Source of the DNA: Eledone cirrhosa
Taxonomy: Eukaryota
NCBI GenBank assembly: GCA_964016885.1
Contig: OZ024740.1
Location: 64,604,001 to 64,668,000, forward strand
DNA: 64,000 nt
Direction: 5' to 3'
Below are positions 27,583 through 38,669 of the stretch, piece by piece; position 1 is the stretch's first letter, and every line of letters begins with the position of its first letter. The notes below the pieces were generated by a model that saw only the letters and a list, made by a program, of their open reading frames with translations, was not told where the DNA came from and made no database searches. The translations under genes were made by a program, and so were the position numbers.

Positions 27583-29171
27583 ATCACGATACATTAACGG
27601 AGCCATAGACGCTCGTCATTCCCTGTAAATAATGTGCTCAAAGGAGAGGAAATCCTGAGCTCTTTAAAATACAATATGTTGAAAAGGTAACACACTAGAG
27701 AGAGATACAGTTGGCTATCAATAAAACAGGGAAAAACCACCAGTGTATGAAATCTATAACCTATGAAAGGCAGAGTATAAACACGATAATTAAAAATATA
27801 AATGAAAGCGTAAATAAATACCTCTATAACTATATAACACACGTACAAATCCAAAGTGATCTGTTTGGCCAGTAAGGTGTTGACAGAAATGAAATAACCC
27901 CCGTTCATCAGCGTGTGTAAGGCTATACATTTCAGACAACACTAAGAGAATTTATAAAGCGACCGTCCAGCTACACGTGGGAGAGATAAGTCACAGCGTG
28001 TTTAAGGGTAGTGAACCAGTGGCCTCTGAGGGACGAGCTGCTAGAAGGGCAGCCCAAAACCACTCAGAGAAGTGTGCTCAACCAAACAGAGAGAGAGAGG
28101 AAAGACTGTTATAAGGAGCGAAATATCACGATACATTAACGGAGCCATAGACCCTCAACATTCCTTGTAAATAATGTGCTCAAAGCAGAAGAAATCCTGA
28201 GCTCTTTAAAATACAATATGTTGAAAAGGTAACACACTAGAAAGAGATACAGTGCGCTATCAATAAAACTGGGAAAAACCACCAGTGTATGGAATCTATA
28301 ACCTATGAAAGGCAAAGTATACACACGATAACTAAAAATATAAATTAAAGCGTAATTAAATACCTCTATAACTATATAACACACTTACAAATCCACATGC
28401 TGATGAACCGTGGTTATTTCATTTCTGTCAACAACTTACTGGCGAAACAGATCACTTTGGATTTGTACGTGTGATATATAGTTATAGAGATATTTATTTA
28501 CGCTTTAATTTATATTTTTAATTATCGTGTGTATACTCTGCCTTTCATAGGTTATAGATTCCATACACTGGTGGTTTTTTCCCAGTTTTATTGATAGCGC
28601 ACTGTATCTCACTCTAGTGTGTTACCTTTTCAACATATTGTATTTTAAAGAGCTCAGGATTTCCTCTCCTTTGCGCACATTATTTACAGGGAATGACGAG
28701 GGTCTATGGCTCCGTTAATGTATCGTGATATTTCGCTCCTTATAACAGTCTGTCCTCTCTCTCTGTTTGGTTGAGCACATTTCTCTGAGTGGTTTTGGGC
28801 TGTCCTTTCTAGTAGCTCGTCCCTCAGAGGCCACTGGTTCACTGCCCTTAAACACGGTGTGAGTTCTCTCTCCCACGTGTAGCTGGACGGTCGCTTTAAA
28901 AATTCTCTTAGTGTTGTCTGAAATAGCCTTACACACGCTGATGAACCGGGGTTATTTCATTTCTGGCAAAAACTTACTGGCGAAACAGATCACTTTGGAT
29001 TTGTACGTGTGTTATATAGTTATAGAGGTATTTATTTACGTTTTAATTTATATTTTTAATTATCGTATGTATACTCTGCCTTTCATAGGTTATAGATTCC
29101 ATACACTGGTGGTTTTTCCCTGTTTTATTGATAGCGCACTGTATCTCTCTCTAGTGTGTTACCTTTTCAAC

Positions 29172-29177
<6 letters not shown>
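27583..29177. repeat. Inverted tandem array H12 (~540-bp unit; ~1.5 copies minus, then ~1.5 copies plus)
   Basis: Period 542 bp (27594 vs 28136) and 538 bp (28400 vs 28938). Orientation flips at ~28394. Confidence 0.92.
28931..29012 (+). ncRNA. Type I hammerhead H12 (also 28394-28473 plus; 27837-27918 minus with GAAA>CAAA)
   Basis: ACACACG-CTGATGA-aCCGG..CTGGc-GAAA-CAGATCactttgGATTTG-TA-CGTGTGT. Confidence 0.87.
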
Positions 29178-29207
<30 letters not shown>

Positions 29208-29470
29208 GAAAATGGAAAACAAAATGCTGACAAATTTTTTCCAGCGAAAAATAATTTAATTAGGAATAAGTATAAATTAGTAATAAGTATTAGTTAGTAT
29301 TCAGTTTTAGTTTTAAGTTTTAACTAGTTTCTAGCTTATTAGCTGTCATCAGCACCGTATACCTATATATATATATATTCACACATATATATATACATAC
29401 ATATATACACACACACACACATATATATATATATACATACATATATACACATACACACACACACACCCAT

Positions 29471-29501
<31 letters not shown>

Positions 29502-31542
29502 CAATGTAGGAGGTGAGTTTTATTGTAGCACAATAGAGCAATGCAAATATCGGATACGTAGCACTCAACAGTTTATAGGACTGGAGTATAAATAATATAA
29601 AATCAAAAGATGGTTAAAAGAGTTCAATGTATTTTATTATGCGCATTTCAAAAACAAATATCATCATCGGATGATATTTGCGTTTGATTATTATACAGTA
29701 ATTGCAATTATGTTGTTGCTTTTGGTTTTAAATGAATCATTGAAGACCATTGACATGTTTACACGATAGTAGTTAATCAACTGAGATTAGAAGGTAGATT
29801 TTCTTTGTAAACCTCCCATGGACAAACACGCACATTTATAAACACGTAAAATTAAGATATCTACATATGTAAGAATTAGAATAGAAATAGAGCTGTGTCA
29901 AAGTGGAAGGGAATGAATAGTAAGCTAAAAGTTTGGTGGTAAGTGAGACAATTAAATGTCAAATAAAATGCTCATAGAGAAGAGTGAGGGAGAAAGAATC
30001 ATAATATAGAGAGATATAACATCATACAAAACTGACCGTGAAAGGAGTATGCTGTTAATGAAGTCTGTATTCATAAAGATATTTAGGAACGATAGGTGGA
30101 TTAGATACGGGCAGATAAAATATGTTCGTTTGTTACACACTCATCGACGTATAATTAGTGGTATAGAGGGTGATAGATGTTGGAATAGTAAATAGGATAG
30201 CAAATGGAGATATCACAGATGTACTGTGTTCGCGACTATCTATCCTTGTTTGCAATAGTGTGTCACCAGTCTTTGCTGTTCTTTGCTAGATCATTCGTAT
30301 TGTCAGTTTTCTTTGTGAAATAAAGATGTAAGTAATTGTAAAACAATTAAGAAAACTATGATTTATTTATATTAAATAATGCATTATCTGTCTTCATCCA
30401 GAACCAAACCAAGCTGACAAACTAGACTGATAGATGAGATTTCTCAGCAGTAGAAGCAATCTGCTTGAATATTTCAAATTAATGAACACAACCACAAGGA
30501 TATGGTCCGAATGTGGAAGAGGCGAACTCCCACTGTTATCGCTTCCATCTCTCTCGCCCTCCCCACCTCTCTGTATGGTGAGCAAGTCGGGCCCCAGGTG
30601 CTGGCCTCCCCACAGCCCCGGTGGACAGAATGGAGAAGGCGTTTCTTCGGAGGAAGATCTAATTATAAATATACAATCCCGGTGCTGAAGATATTGCCAG
30701 TATTCTAATAATCTTTTATCATCTACTGCAAATCGGGTGGACAGCATCAGTACCATCATTTACGCCTGAGAATGAAGCTTAAAAGATCTAGAAATGTAAA
30801 TAAGCCAATTGTTCCAACTTCAACATAAAACTATTGAAGAAATTTTACGTAAAATTAATTATATTCAGTCATATCTTTAATATAACATGCTTGAAAGAAA
30901 ATATGTTCCCTGTTTACACACGCAAACAATATATATATAAGTAATTATGCAATTAAATATTATTGCGTCACGTATATATTCAAAGCATATAGAAGGAGAT
31001 TGGCCACTGTTCACATTCCCAGGAAAATTATTCATTACACTTTATATTAAGCAAGGCATTAGATTGGATATGAATCGGTATATGCATATTTACATCTGTT
31101 ATATTCTCAGCTTGAAGGGTCCTTCGATTTCTGAAAAATTTCGGGTTTATACTTAAAGAGAAATGTAGAATATCATCGTACGATCAATATTTTCTATCAC
31201 TCTAAACACACAAAACCACACTCAAACACGCGTATTCAAAGAGAGGTATATTATATACAGGAGCTCGTTGCAATTGTATACCTACTAATATATCAATGTA
31301 CGTGTATTTGTATGAATATATCGATATATCGATATATGTGTGTATATGGAAATATTTATACAAATGCACATACGTGTATATAATTTGAAAAGTTGTAAGG
31401 TTATCTTATTTATTGTTAGGATCTATGTGGTTGAACGGTTTTCAAAAGATGCATCTTATAGTTTTCTTCATATTTTCGTGTATTATGTTTGTATTATGTA
31501 TTGGATTTCGTGTATTATTGGTATTATCATAAGCCAATCAAC

Positions 31543-31630
<88 letters not shown>

Positions 31631-31879
31631 CCTGTGTTCATGTTTACATACATACATACAAACAACGTGATTTTACAAACATATGTTTCTTCAAATAGGT
31701 CATTAGGCATGTGTGTGGACTAATTTACGACTGTGCATGGTAAATTGTATACACAATATCAAATGTCATGTGTAAGTAATATATACAATGGGATATAAAA
31801 ATCAATTCACGTAAAATGTGCGTGTGTGTATATATATATATATATATGTGTGTAATCTGAGTTTTTCGAATATCAATAA

Positions 31880-32066
31880 TTGTTTCTACTTTTCGCAAGG
31901 CCAGCAATTATACCAGTGTATTACTGGTACTTTATTTTATCGACCTCGTAAAGATGAAAGGCAAAGTTAACCTTGGCGCGATTTGAACTCAGATCACAAA
32001 GGGCCGTAACTCTTTGCTACAAAGCATGGCGTCCGATCCTCTACCGATACTGCCAATCCACCGCCT
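31880..32066 (-). mobile_element. Same tRNA-SINE family, ~16-bp TSD
   Basis: Reverse-complement match; TTTCGAATATYAATAA flanks both sides. Confidence 0.85.
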
Positions 32067-32232
32067 ATTTCGAATATTAATAACATTCGATTCGTTTGCA
32101 ATTATGCAAACAAGCCTCATTCTTAAAGCCATGTCAGTAGAATGAACCCTTCATTCTTGCTCTAGCGTTTGCATGTAAACAGAACTGCAGACACTAATGT
32201 TTCTGGGTATCACTCTTCATATATATATATAT

Positions 32233-32438
32233 TATAGATAACGAGGAATCAGTGATGCATTAGAACACAATTTATTAACATATTACATATGTTCTCCGAC
32301 GATCAGCTCAGGCAAGATCTATTACAGATCGAACCTGACCCTGCATTCGCAAGGTCCCCAGAGCTGAACGTCGGAGAAACATATGTAATATGTTAATAAT
32401 TTGTGTTTTAATGCATCACTGATTCCTCATTATCTATA
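32233..32438. repeat. Imperfect inverted repeat (~78-bp arms, ~50-bp spacer)
   Basis: TAGATAACGAGGAATCAGTGATGCATT..CAGCTC versus GAGCTG..AATGCATCACTGATTCCTCATTATCTA. Confidence 0.85.
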
Positions 32439-32534
32439 ATAATATACTCTGCTCTGCGTGAGCATCGAGTGTTCAAACAGCATCCCGCCTACAGACACAT
32501 TTATTGCATCCTTACAACAGCTATATATATATAT

Positions 32535-32649
<115 letters not shown>

Positions 32650-33067
32650 CATACATATGTATAATATATATATGAATATATATATATATATATATATACA
32701 TACATATGTATAATATATATATGAATATATATATATATCCAGTGACGGACTGGCCAGGTTGCCAGGTTGTCCAATGGAAAGTTGGCCCCAGGGGGCCCAC
32801 GATAGCATTGCAAGAGCCCATAGTAACATTTCAGGGCCCTCTGTAGTACTTTAGGAGTCGATGTTTTGCTTTCAAAATAGAGCTGAAATATAAGAGAGAG
32901 AAAACAATCTTTTAAAAATAAATAAGTATACCATACTGTAAATAGCTGGAATCATTAGTTGTACATTCTAATAAATCTAAAGTTTAGTGTATTATTCATG
33001 CATACAAACATACATATATAGACACAGACACACAAGCACACACACATATATATGTATATATATATAT

Positions 33068-33407
33068 ATAATATATAAGAACAAAAGATGGTTAAAAGAG
33101 TTCCATGTATTTTATTATGGGCATTTCAAAAACAAATATCATCATGCAATAATATTTGCGTTTTCATCAGATAAAACAGGAAGACATGATATGAAGGTTA
33201 AAAAACACTTGTGGATAGTGCAGTTTTAAATCAACATATGTTGATTTAAAACTGCACTATCCACAAGTGTTTTTTAACCTTCATATCATGCCTTCCTGTT
33301 TTATCTGATGAAAACGCAAATATTATTGCATGATGATATTTGTTTTTGAAATGCGCATAATAAAATACATGGAACTCTTTTAACCATCTTTTGTTCTTAT
33401 ATATTAT
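33068..33407. repeat. Near-perfect spacerless palindrome (~170-bp arms) centred on CATATG
   Basis: Axis at 33237/33238; each arm carries H13. Confidence 0.93.
33297..33367 (+). ncRNA. Type I hammerhead H13 (mirror copy 33108-33178 minus; truncated copy ~29628-29685)
   Basis: TGTTTTAT-CTGATGA-AAACGCAAATATTA..TGATATTTGTTTTT-GAAA-TGCGCA-TA-ATAAAATA. Confidence 0.88.
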
Positions 33408-33551
33408 GTATACTCCAGTCCTACAAACTGTAGAGTGCTTCTTATCCGATATCTGCATTGCTTTATTGTACTACAATAAAACTCACCTCCTATATATATA
33501 TATATATATATATATAGTTAAAAGAATAGAGGTGTAACACACAAGTTATTA

Positions 33552-33948
33552 TATATTGGTAAACGGAATAGAAAATGCTGACAAATTGTTCACAGTTGAA
33601 AAATGGTTTAATTAGGAATAAAAGAGTATTAGTAATTGTATGGGTTAGTATTCAGTTGTGGTTTTAAGTTTTTAAGTTTTTACCGGTTGCGCATTTCTAA
33701 ATGCTTTTCAAAAATAATTTTGAGATAGAGTGTCCGTGTTGTTTGCTCTGATCAGATCAGAGCAAACAACACGGACACTCTATCTCAAAATTATTTTTGA
33801 AAAGCATTTAGAAATGCGCAACCGGTAAAAACTTAAAAACTTAAAACCACAACTGAATACTAACCCATACAATTACTAATACTCTTTTTTTCCTAATTAA
33901 ACCATTTTTCAACTGTGAACAATTTGTCAGCATTTTCTATTCCGTTTA

Positions 33949-33956
<8 letters not shown>
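33552..33956. repeat. Near-perfect palindrome (~200-bp arms, 1-nt spacer)
   Basis: GCTCTGATC-A-GATCAGAGC with axis at 33754. The arm is related to 29205-29325. Confidence 0.93.
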
Positions 33957-33982
<26 letters not shown>

Positions 33983-34062
33983 TATTGAAGTTTCCGTTGA
34001 TAATTGAAAAAGTCATAGGAGTGAAGAGTGCTCTATGTAAGTACCAGAGCTAAATTTAATGT

Positions 34063-34245
34063 ATAATAAACAATACAATATAATTACCTCATTACCAGAG
34101 GTTTCCCGAATAAGATGAATACGAAAAACGTCCTCATTCGTTCATCTGACATTGCCTTGTCCGATGAACGAATGATGACGTCGGTTTTCGTATTCGTCTT
34201 AATCGGGAAACCTCTGGTAATGAGGTAATTATATTGTATTGTTTG

Positions 34246-34250
<5 letters not shown>
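34063..34250. repeat. Imperfect fold-back of the H10 family
   Basis: Arms meet at GACATTGCCTTGTC (~34148-34161). Region 33982-34150 is homologous to 24380-24550. Confidence 0.88.
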
Positions 34251-34323
<73 letters not shown>

Positions 34324-34332
<9 letters not shown>

Positions 34333-34756
34333 TAAAAAAATAATGAATAAAACAATGAAACAGTTCCTTATATTAAACAAAAAAAGTTCATTATTTAACG
34401 ATCGTTTCTAGGATATATATGTGTTAGAATTGGCATGCATATTCAACAGATCTATGTACAAAATTATACAAAATTATACAAACTATCAAAATTAAATATA
34501 CATACCAAACACATATATATGCCGTCTTCAGAAATAATTTTTTATTTCTGAAGACGGCATATATATGTGTTTGGTATGTATATTTAATTTTGATAGTTTG
34601 TATAATTTTGTATAATTTTGTACATAGATCTGTTGAATATGCATGCCAATTCTAACACATATATATCCTAGAAACGATCGTTAAATAATGAACTTTTTTT
34701 GTTTAATATAAGGAACTGTTTCATTGTTTTATTCATTATTTTTTTAAATATTTTAT
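34324..34756. repeat. Near-perfect palindrome (~210-bp arms, 4-nt spacer) carrying H14
   Basis: CTTCAGAAATAA-TTTT-TTATTTCTGAAG with axis at ~34539. Confidence 0.93.
34542..34688 (+). ncRNA. Type I hammerhead H14 with long stem II insertion (mirror copy 34391-34537 minus)
   Basis: TTATTT-CTGAAGA-cGGcATATATATGTGTT..AACACATATATATCCta-GAAA-CGATCG-TT-AAATAA. Confidence 0.78.
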
Positions 34757-35231
34757 CTTGACTCTGTATTCCGTTTATCTTTCACCGAAAGTGATTTTTC
34801 ATTGCATCTCTTCTTTCCATGATATCCGGATTACATTGAGTTCTTCATACGGATTGGACACTACCGTAAACTCTTGGTAGATTTATCTACATATATATAT
34901 ATATATATATTTATATACTTACACATGAACTACTGACCAAATAATAGTTGGTATCAATGAGTAAAATACATCTGTCAAATCAATTATTGGTGAAGGCGGT
35001 GTATATATAGATATATTTCTTTATTTACCATAAAGGCATAAAAAGAAGGGACAAATACAAAGGGGGAGTTTACATATAATCGAGTAAAAAGGGTGTAACA
35101 TGAAAATAATCGAAAATAACCTCAAAAAGGGAGGGGACGTGATGGGGGTTGCACACACCCCCGAAAAAGTGTGCAATCCTTTGCCCGGGGAGCACATGGA
35201 GAAGGTGCTCCCCTCTCCTTTACTTCTTTAC

Positions 35232-38200
35232 CTACAGGATGGTATACAGAGAAGGCCCATTTACACGAGCCATTCTCGCCACTATCACCCACCTTTCATA
35301 AAACTGCCTGTGGCCAAGCACCTCTCTCTCCATTCTTATCCTTCTTCCGAAGTGATATCGGAAGAAGTAGACCAGACTATGGCCAGAGAGGAAGTTGCCT
35401 GACCTCAGACCTTTCAATCGTGTCCACCAAACAACCTCTTTCAACATGGCTATTACGCACAGAAAAACCGCCTTTGCTTCCTTTGTGAAGAGGGGAGGCG
35501 GTTTGATTGTCATCACGGACTCGGCGGTCAATTTAATCGGCGCCACCCGCGACAGCAGTTGTTCGGCGTAGCCCCACAGATCAACCACGCCCGGACATTG
35601 CACCAATGCGTGCGCAACGGTTTCTTCGTGACGCACGCATCTAGGGCAAATCTTTTTTGAGGGATCCCTGCCCGGGCGCCCGTGTCTGTAGAGCCTCTCT
35701 CGAACGGGTAGAGCCCCCCGGTAGCACTGCCAGGCCAGTGACTTCTGGAAGTTGTCCATTGGTCCTGGGCCGAAAGTCCTATCGAACAGGCTGGCCAGTT
35801 CGTCTTCTTCCATGTCCAGCGACGCTCCAAGGGTGTCATCGCCCCTGCTAGCCACCAGCCCTCTATAGAATGATGAGGTGGATTCTCCACCGATGGCCTG
35901 GCCCGCTTGCCAGAGAGCCCTGAGCACCTGAGCACACTCAGTGTGCCAGTCTCCCAGTTTTCCGGATCTTTGCTTGACCCAGGACTGTAGCTCGGTGAGC
36001 GAGACGAGTCTCGGAAAGGCTCGTTTCACGAACGGAGCCCACACCGGTTGACCAGTGAGGAATACCTGTAAGTGCCGTAGCCTTAATGCGTGCCTACGAA
36101 TCATCAACCACGGCATCCCCAGCCCTTCTTTCGAAGGTTGTTGGCAGCAGATGGATCTTCTCACCATAGGAGGGCGCTTCTTCCAAAGAAATTGGAAGAG
36201 CATGCGTTCCATGGTGGTGAGTGTTTCCTTAGGGCAAGGCACGACAGTCAGGCGGTAGTAAGTGACGGACGCTATGTAAATGTTCGCCACCTCCGCCCGG
36301 CCTTTTAGGGACAGCTTACACTTGGTCCATTTCTGGGTTAGTGCAAACACCTTGTTCGTAACCTCGTTCCAGTTCTTTTCCACCTGGAGGTCCGGTCCAA
36401 ACCAGACCCCAAGCAACTTTACCGGGCCCTCCGTCCAGTGTCCGACGACACCGTCAGGAGGCATCGGTCTGCCTCTCCACGTTCCGAGTTGCAGCCCGAT
36501 GGATTTTTCCCGGTTCAGTTTCGCTCCTGACAACCTTTCGTACTCCTCCAGTAAGGTACCGATCGCCTCGATCTCCGAGTCGGTCGATACCATTACTGTT
36601 ACGTCATCGGCGTAGGCCGACACCGCTTTGCTCAATCCTGTTTCCAGGGGGATACCCTGCAACAACTCCAACTTCCTCAGTAAAGGCTCGAGAGTCAATA
36701 CGTACAGAAGGGAGGAGAGAGGGCACCCCTGTCGAATGGATCGTGTGATTTCGAACGGCTTCGAAAGGTAGCCGTTCACCTTGATCCTAGAACAGATGTG
36801 GTTGCTATGTAAGGCAGTGATCCAGCCTCTGAAAACAGGACCGAACCCAGCCGCCGCTAGCACCGCATCCAGGTAACCATGGTCGACCCTATCGAAGGCC
36901 TTAGACTGATCCAAGTTGATCAGGGCCCCACCAAAGCCGGGTTTGTTGCCAACCCTCTCTATGATGTATCGCATGAGGTGGAGGTTATCGTGAATGGACC
37001 TGGATGGGATAGCACATGTCTGCGCATCTCCCACCAGGCCACCCACGACAAGCGCCAACCTCTTTGCTAACACCTTGGCCAAAATCTTTAACTCTGTGTT
37101 TAGCAGGGTTATGGGCCGAAAATTATTTATACTATCTCCCTTGTTCTCGTCCTTCCTCACCAGCGTGACTACGCCCTTAGCTACTGAACAAGGAATTCTC
37201 CCGTTCTGCTGCCAATTGCAGTAGACCGCTTCGAGGAGTTCGGAGAAGAAGACCGGCATTGCTAAATAAAGTTCGTAAGGTATACCATTGAGACCTGGAG
37301 ATTTGCGTCTGCTGCATTGGCTCAACGCATCTCCGATCTCATCAGTCGAGATTGGTCCCTCGCAGGACTCTGCCTCTTCGCTCGAGAGACGCGGCAGGCC
37401 GTCGAGGTATGGACCGAAATCCACGCCCCCGCCCGGACCCCCGCCTCCCCCGAACAATCGGGCAAAGTGTCTTTGAAAGGCCTCGTACATCTGCTTAGGC
37501 TCCCGGATCACCCGTCCATCTTCGTCTTGCAACGACCGGATGGTGGATCGATTTCCACTCTTAGCTTCTGTCACGCGGGCCCAGCCAACGGCTTTGGCCC
37601 CCTCATTACCTAGAGCACGTATTTTACTTCGAATGACGCAGCCTTTGTGCTTTGCATCGAAAAACTGGTTCAAGGCCGTCCTCGATGCCAGCACTCTGGC
37701 CACATCTTCGCTCTTGATTGCCTCTTCTAATTTACCTGTTAATTCTTTCTCGTTTCTATTCCTATCGGCAGCTAACATCTTGCTATAACTTATTGATTCT
37801 GTTCTAATCTCTCTTTTGAGAGATGCCCACCATCGGTTGTTGACGATTGCACCCGTCAACCTCTCCTTAACTAATCTGCTAATCCGGTTTCTGTAAGTCT
37901 CTTTTGCCGGTAAAGACAAATTAAGTTTCCAGTAACCGGGGCCCTGTTTATGTGTTTTCTCGAGATTGACTACGCAGGTCACTAATTTGTGATCCGTGTA
38001 GCCAACCGTGCGCATTTCTGGACAGCTTAATATGTCCCTATACTTACTTCTAATTAAGAATCTATCTAAGTACGATCTAGATTGACCACTGTGGTTTCTC
38101 CAAGTCCAGGTAGGCACAGTTGGAAAATCTACTCGATATCTATCGACCAAGTTAAAACGGTCGAGTAACCCCTTGAGGCTGTTACACCCCCCTCTATTAG

Positions 38201-38669
38201 GACATGCTCCTGCATAGTCCCAACGTACATCTAGGATGTCATTCCAATCCCCCGCTAGAAGCAGGGAACGCGACGTTCCCAGAAAAGTCTCCAAACGCTG
38301 GAAGAAGTCGGGCCGTTCAGCTCCGAAAGGGGAGTAGACGGCGACCAGTCTCAAGGCCGTACTTTCACTACTGCCAACGTCTAGCACCAACAAACAACCC
38401 TCCGGGTCCGAGTGCACAACCTGTACGGCAAGACCCAGGTGTTTTTGCAGCAGTACGACAACCCCACCCCCACCTCCAGGTTGACAGAGAGATGCATGCA
38501 CCTCAAAGTCATCGAAGGTGGGGGCCAGCTGCCGCACGACGCTGATTCGAGTCTCACAGATAACCATTACATTTATACTACATGACCTGAGGTCATTTAG
38601 AAGCTTTGCTTGCTTCCAAGTTGAGCCCAGGCCACGTGCATTCAAACATCCTACTCTTAACACATCCAT
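35232..38669 (-). CDS. LINE ORF2: APE endonuclease + reverse transcriptase + C-terminal zinc finger, intact, 1145 aa
   Basis: APE motifs CLNARGL, ICETR, LAGDWN, SYLDRFL, TDHK. RT motifs KSPGLNG, FRPITLLN, DQSKAFDRV, QGCPLS, YADD. C-terminal CPRC..ETVAHALVQC. Confidence 0.96.
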   Translation of the reverse strand: MDVLRVGCLNARGLGSTWKQAKLLNDLRSCSINVMVICETRISVVRQLAPTFDDFEVHASLCQPGGGGGVVVLLQKHLGLAVQVVHSDPEGCLLVLDVGSSESTALRLVAVYSPFGAERPDFFQRLETFLGTSRSLLLAGDWNDILDVRWDYAGACPNRGGCNSLKGLLDRFNLVDRYRVDFPTVPTWTWRNHSGQSRSYLDRFLIRSKYRDILSCPEMRTVGYTDHKLVTCVVNLEKTHKQGPGYWKLNLSLPAKETYRNRISRLVKERLTGAIVNNRWWASLKREIRTESISYSKMLAADRNRNEKELTGKLEEAIKSEDVARVLASRTALNQFFDAKHKGCVIRSKIRALGNEGAKAVGWARVTEAKSGNRSTIRSLQDEDGRVIREPKQMYEAFQRHFARLFGGGGGPGGGVDFGPYLDGLPRLSSEEAESCEGPISTDEIGDALSQCSRRKSPGLNGIPYELYLAMPVFFSELLEAVYCNWQQNGRIPCSVAKGVVTLVRKDENKGDSINNFRPITLLNTELKILAKVLAKRLALVVGGLVGDAQTCAIPSRSIHDNLHLMRYIIERVGNKPGFGGALINLDQSKAFDRVDHGYLDAVLAAAGFGPVFRGWITALHSNHICSRIKVNGYLSKPFEITRSIRQGCPLSSLLYVLTLEPLLRKLELLQGIPLETGLSKAVSAYADDVTVMVSTDSEIEAIGTLLEEYERLSGAKLNREKSIGLQLGTWRGRPMPPDGVVGHWTEGPVKLLGVWFGPDLQVEKNWNEVTNKVFALTQKWTKCKLSLKGRAEVANIYIASVTYYRLTVVPCPKETLTTMERMLFQFLWKKRPPMVRRSICCQQPSKEGLGMPWLMIRRHALRLRHLQVFLTGQPVWAPFVKRAFPRLVSLTELQSWVKQRSGKLGDWHTECAQVLRALWQAGQAIGGESTSSFYRGLVASRGDDTLGASLDMEEDELASLFDRTFGPGPMDNFQKSLAWQCYRGALPVRERLYRHGRPGRDPSKKICPRCVRHEETVAHALVQCPGVVDLWGYAEQLLSRVAPIKLTAESVMTIKPPPLFTKEAKAVFLCVIAMLKEVVWWTRLKGLRSGNFLSGHSLVYFFRYHFGRRIRMEREVLGHRQFYERWVIVARMARVNGPSLYTIL

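Noticed and set aside
33068-34756. MITEs (DNA transposons) as the source of the palindromes
   Set aside because: Arms are unequal truncations of longer HHR-bearing units found un-inverted elsewhere (24380, 29205, 29500), with no defined TIR ends.
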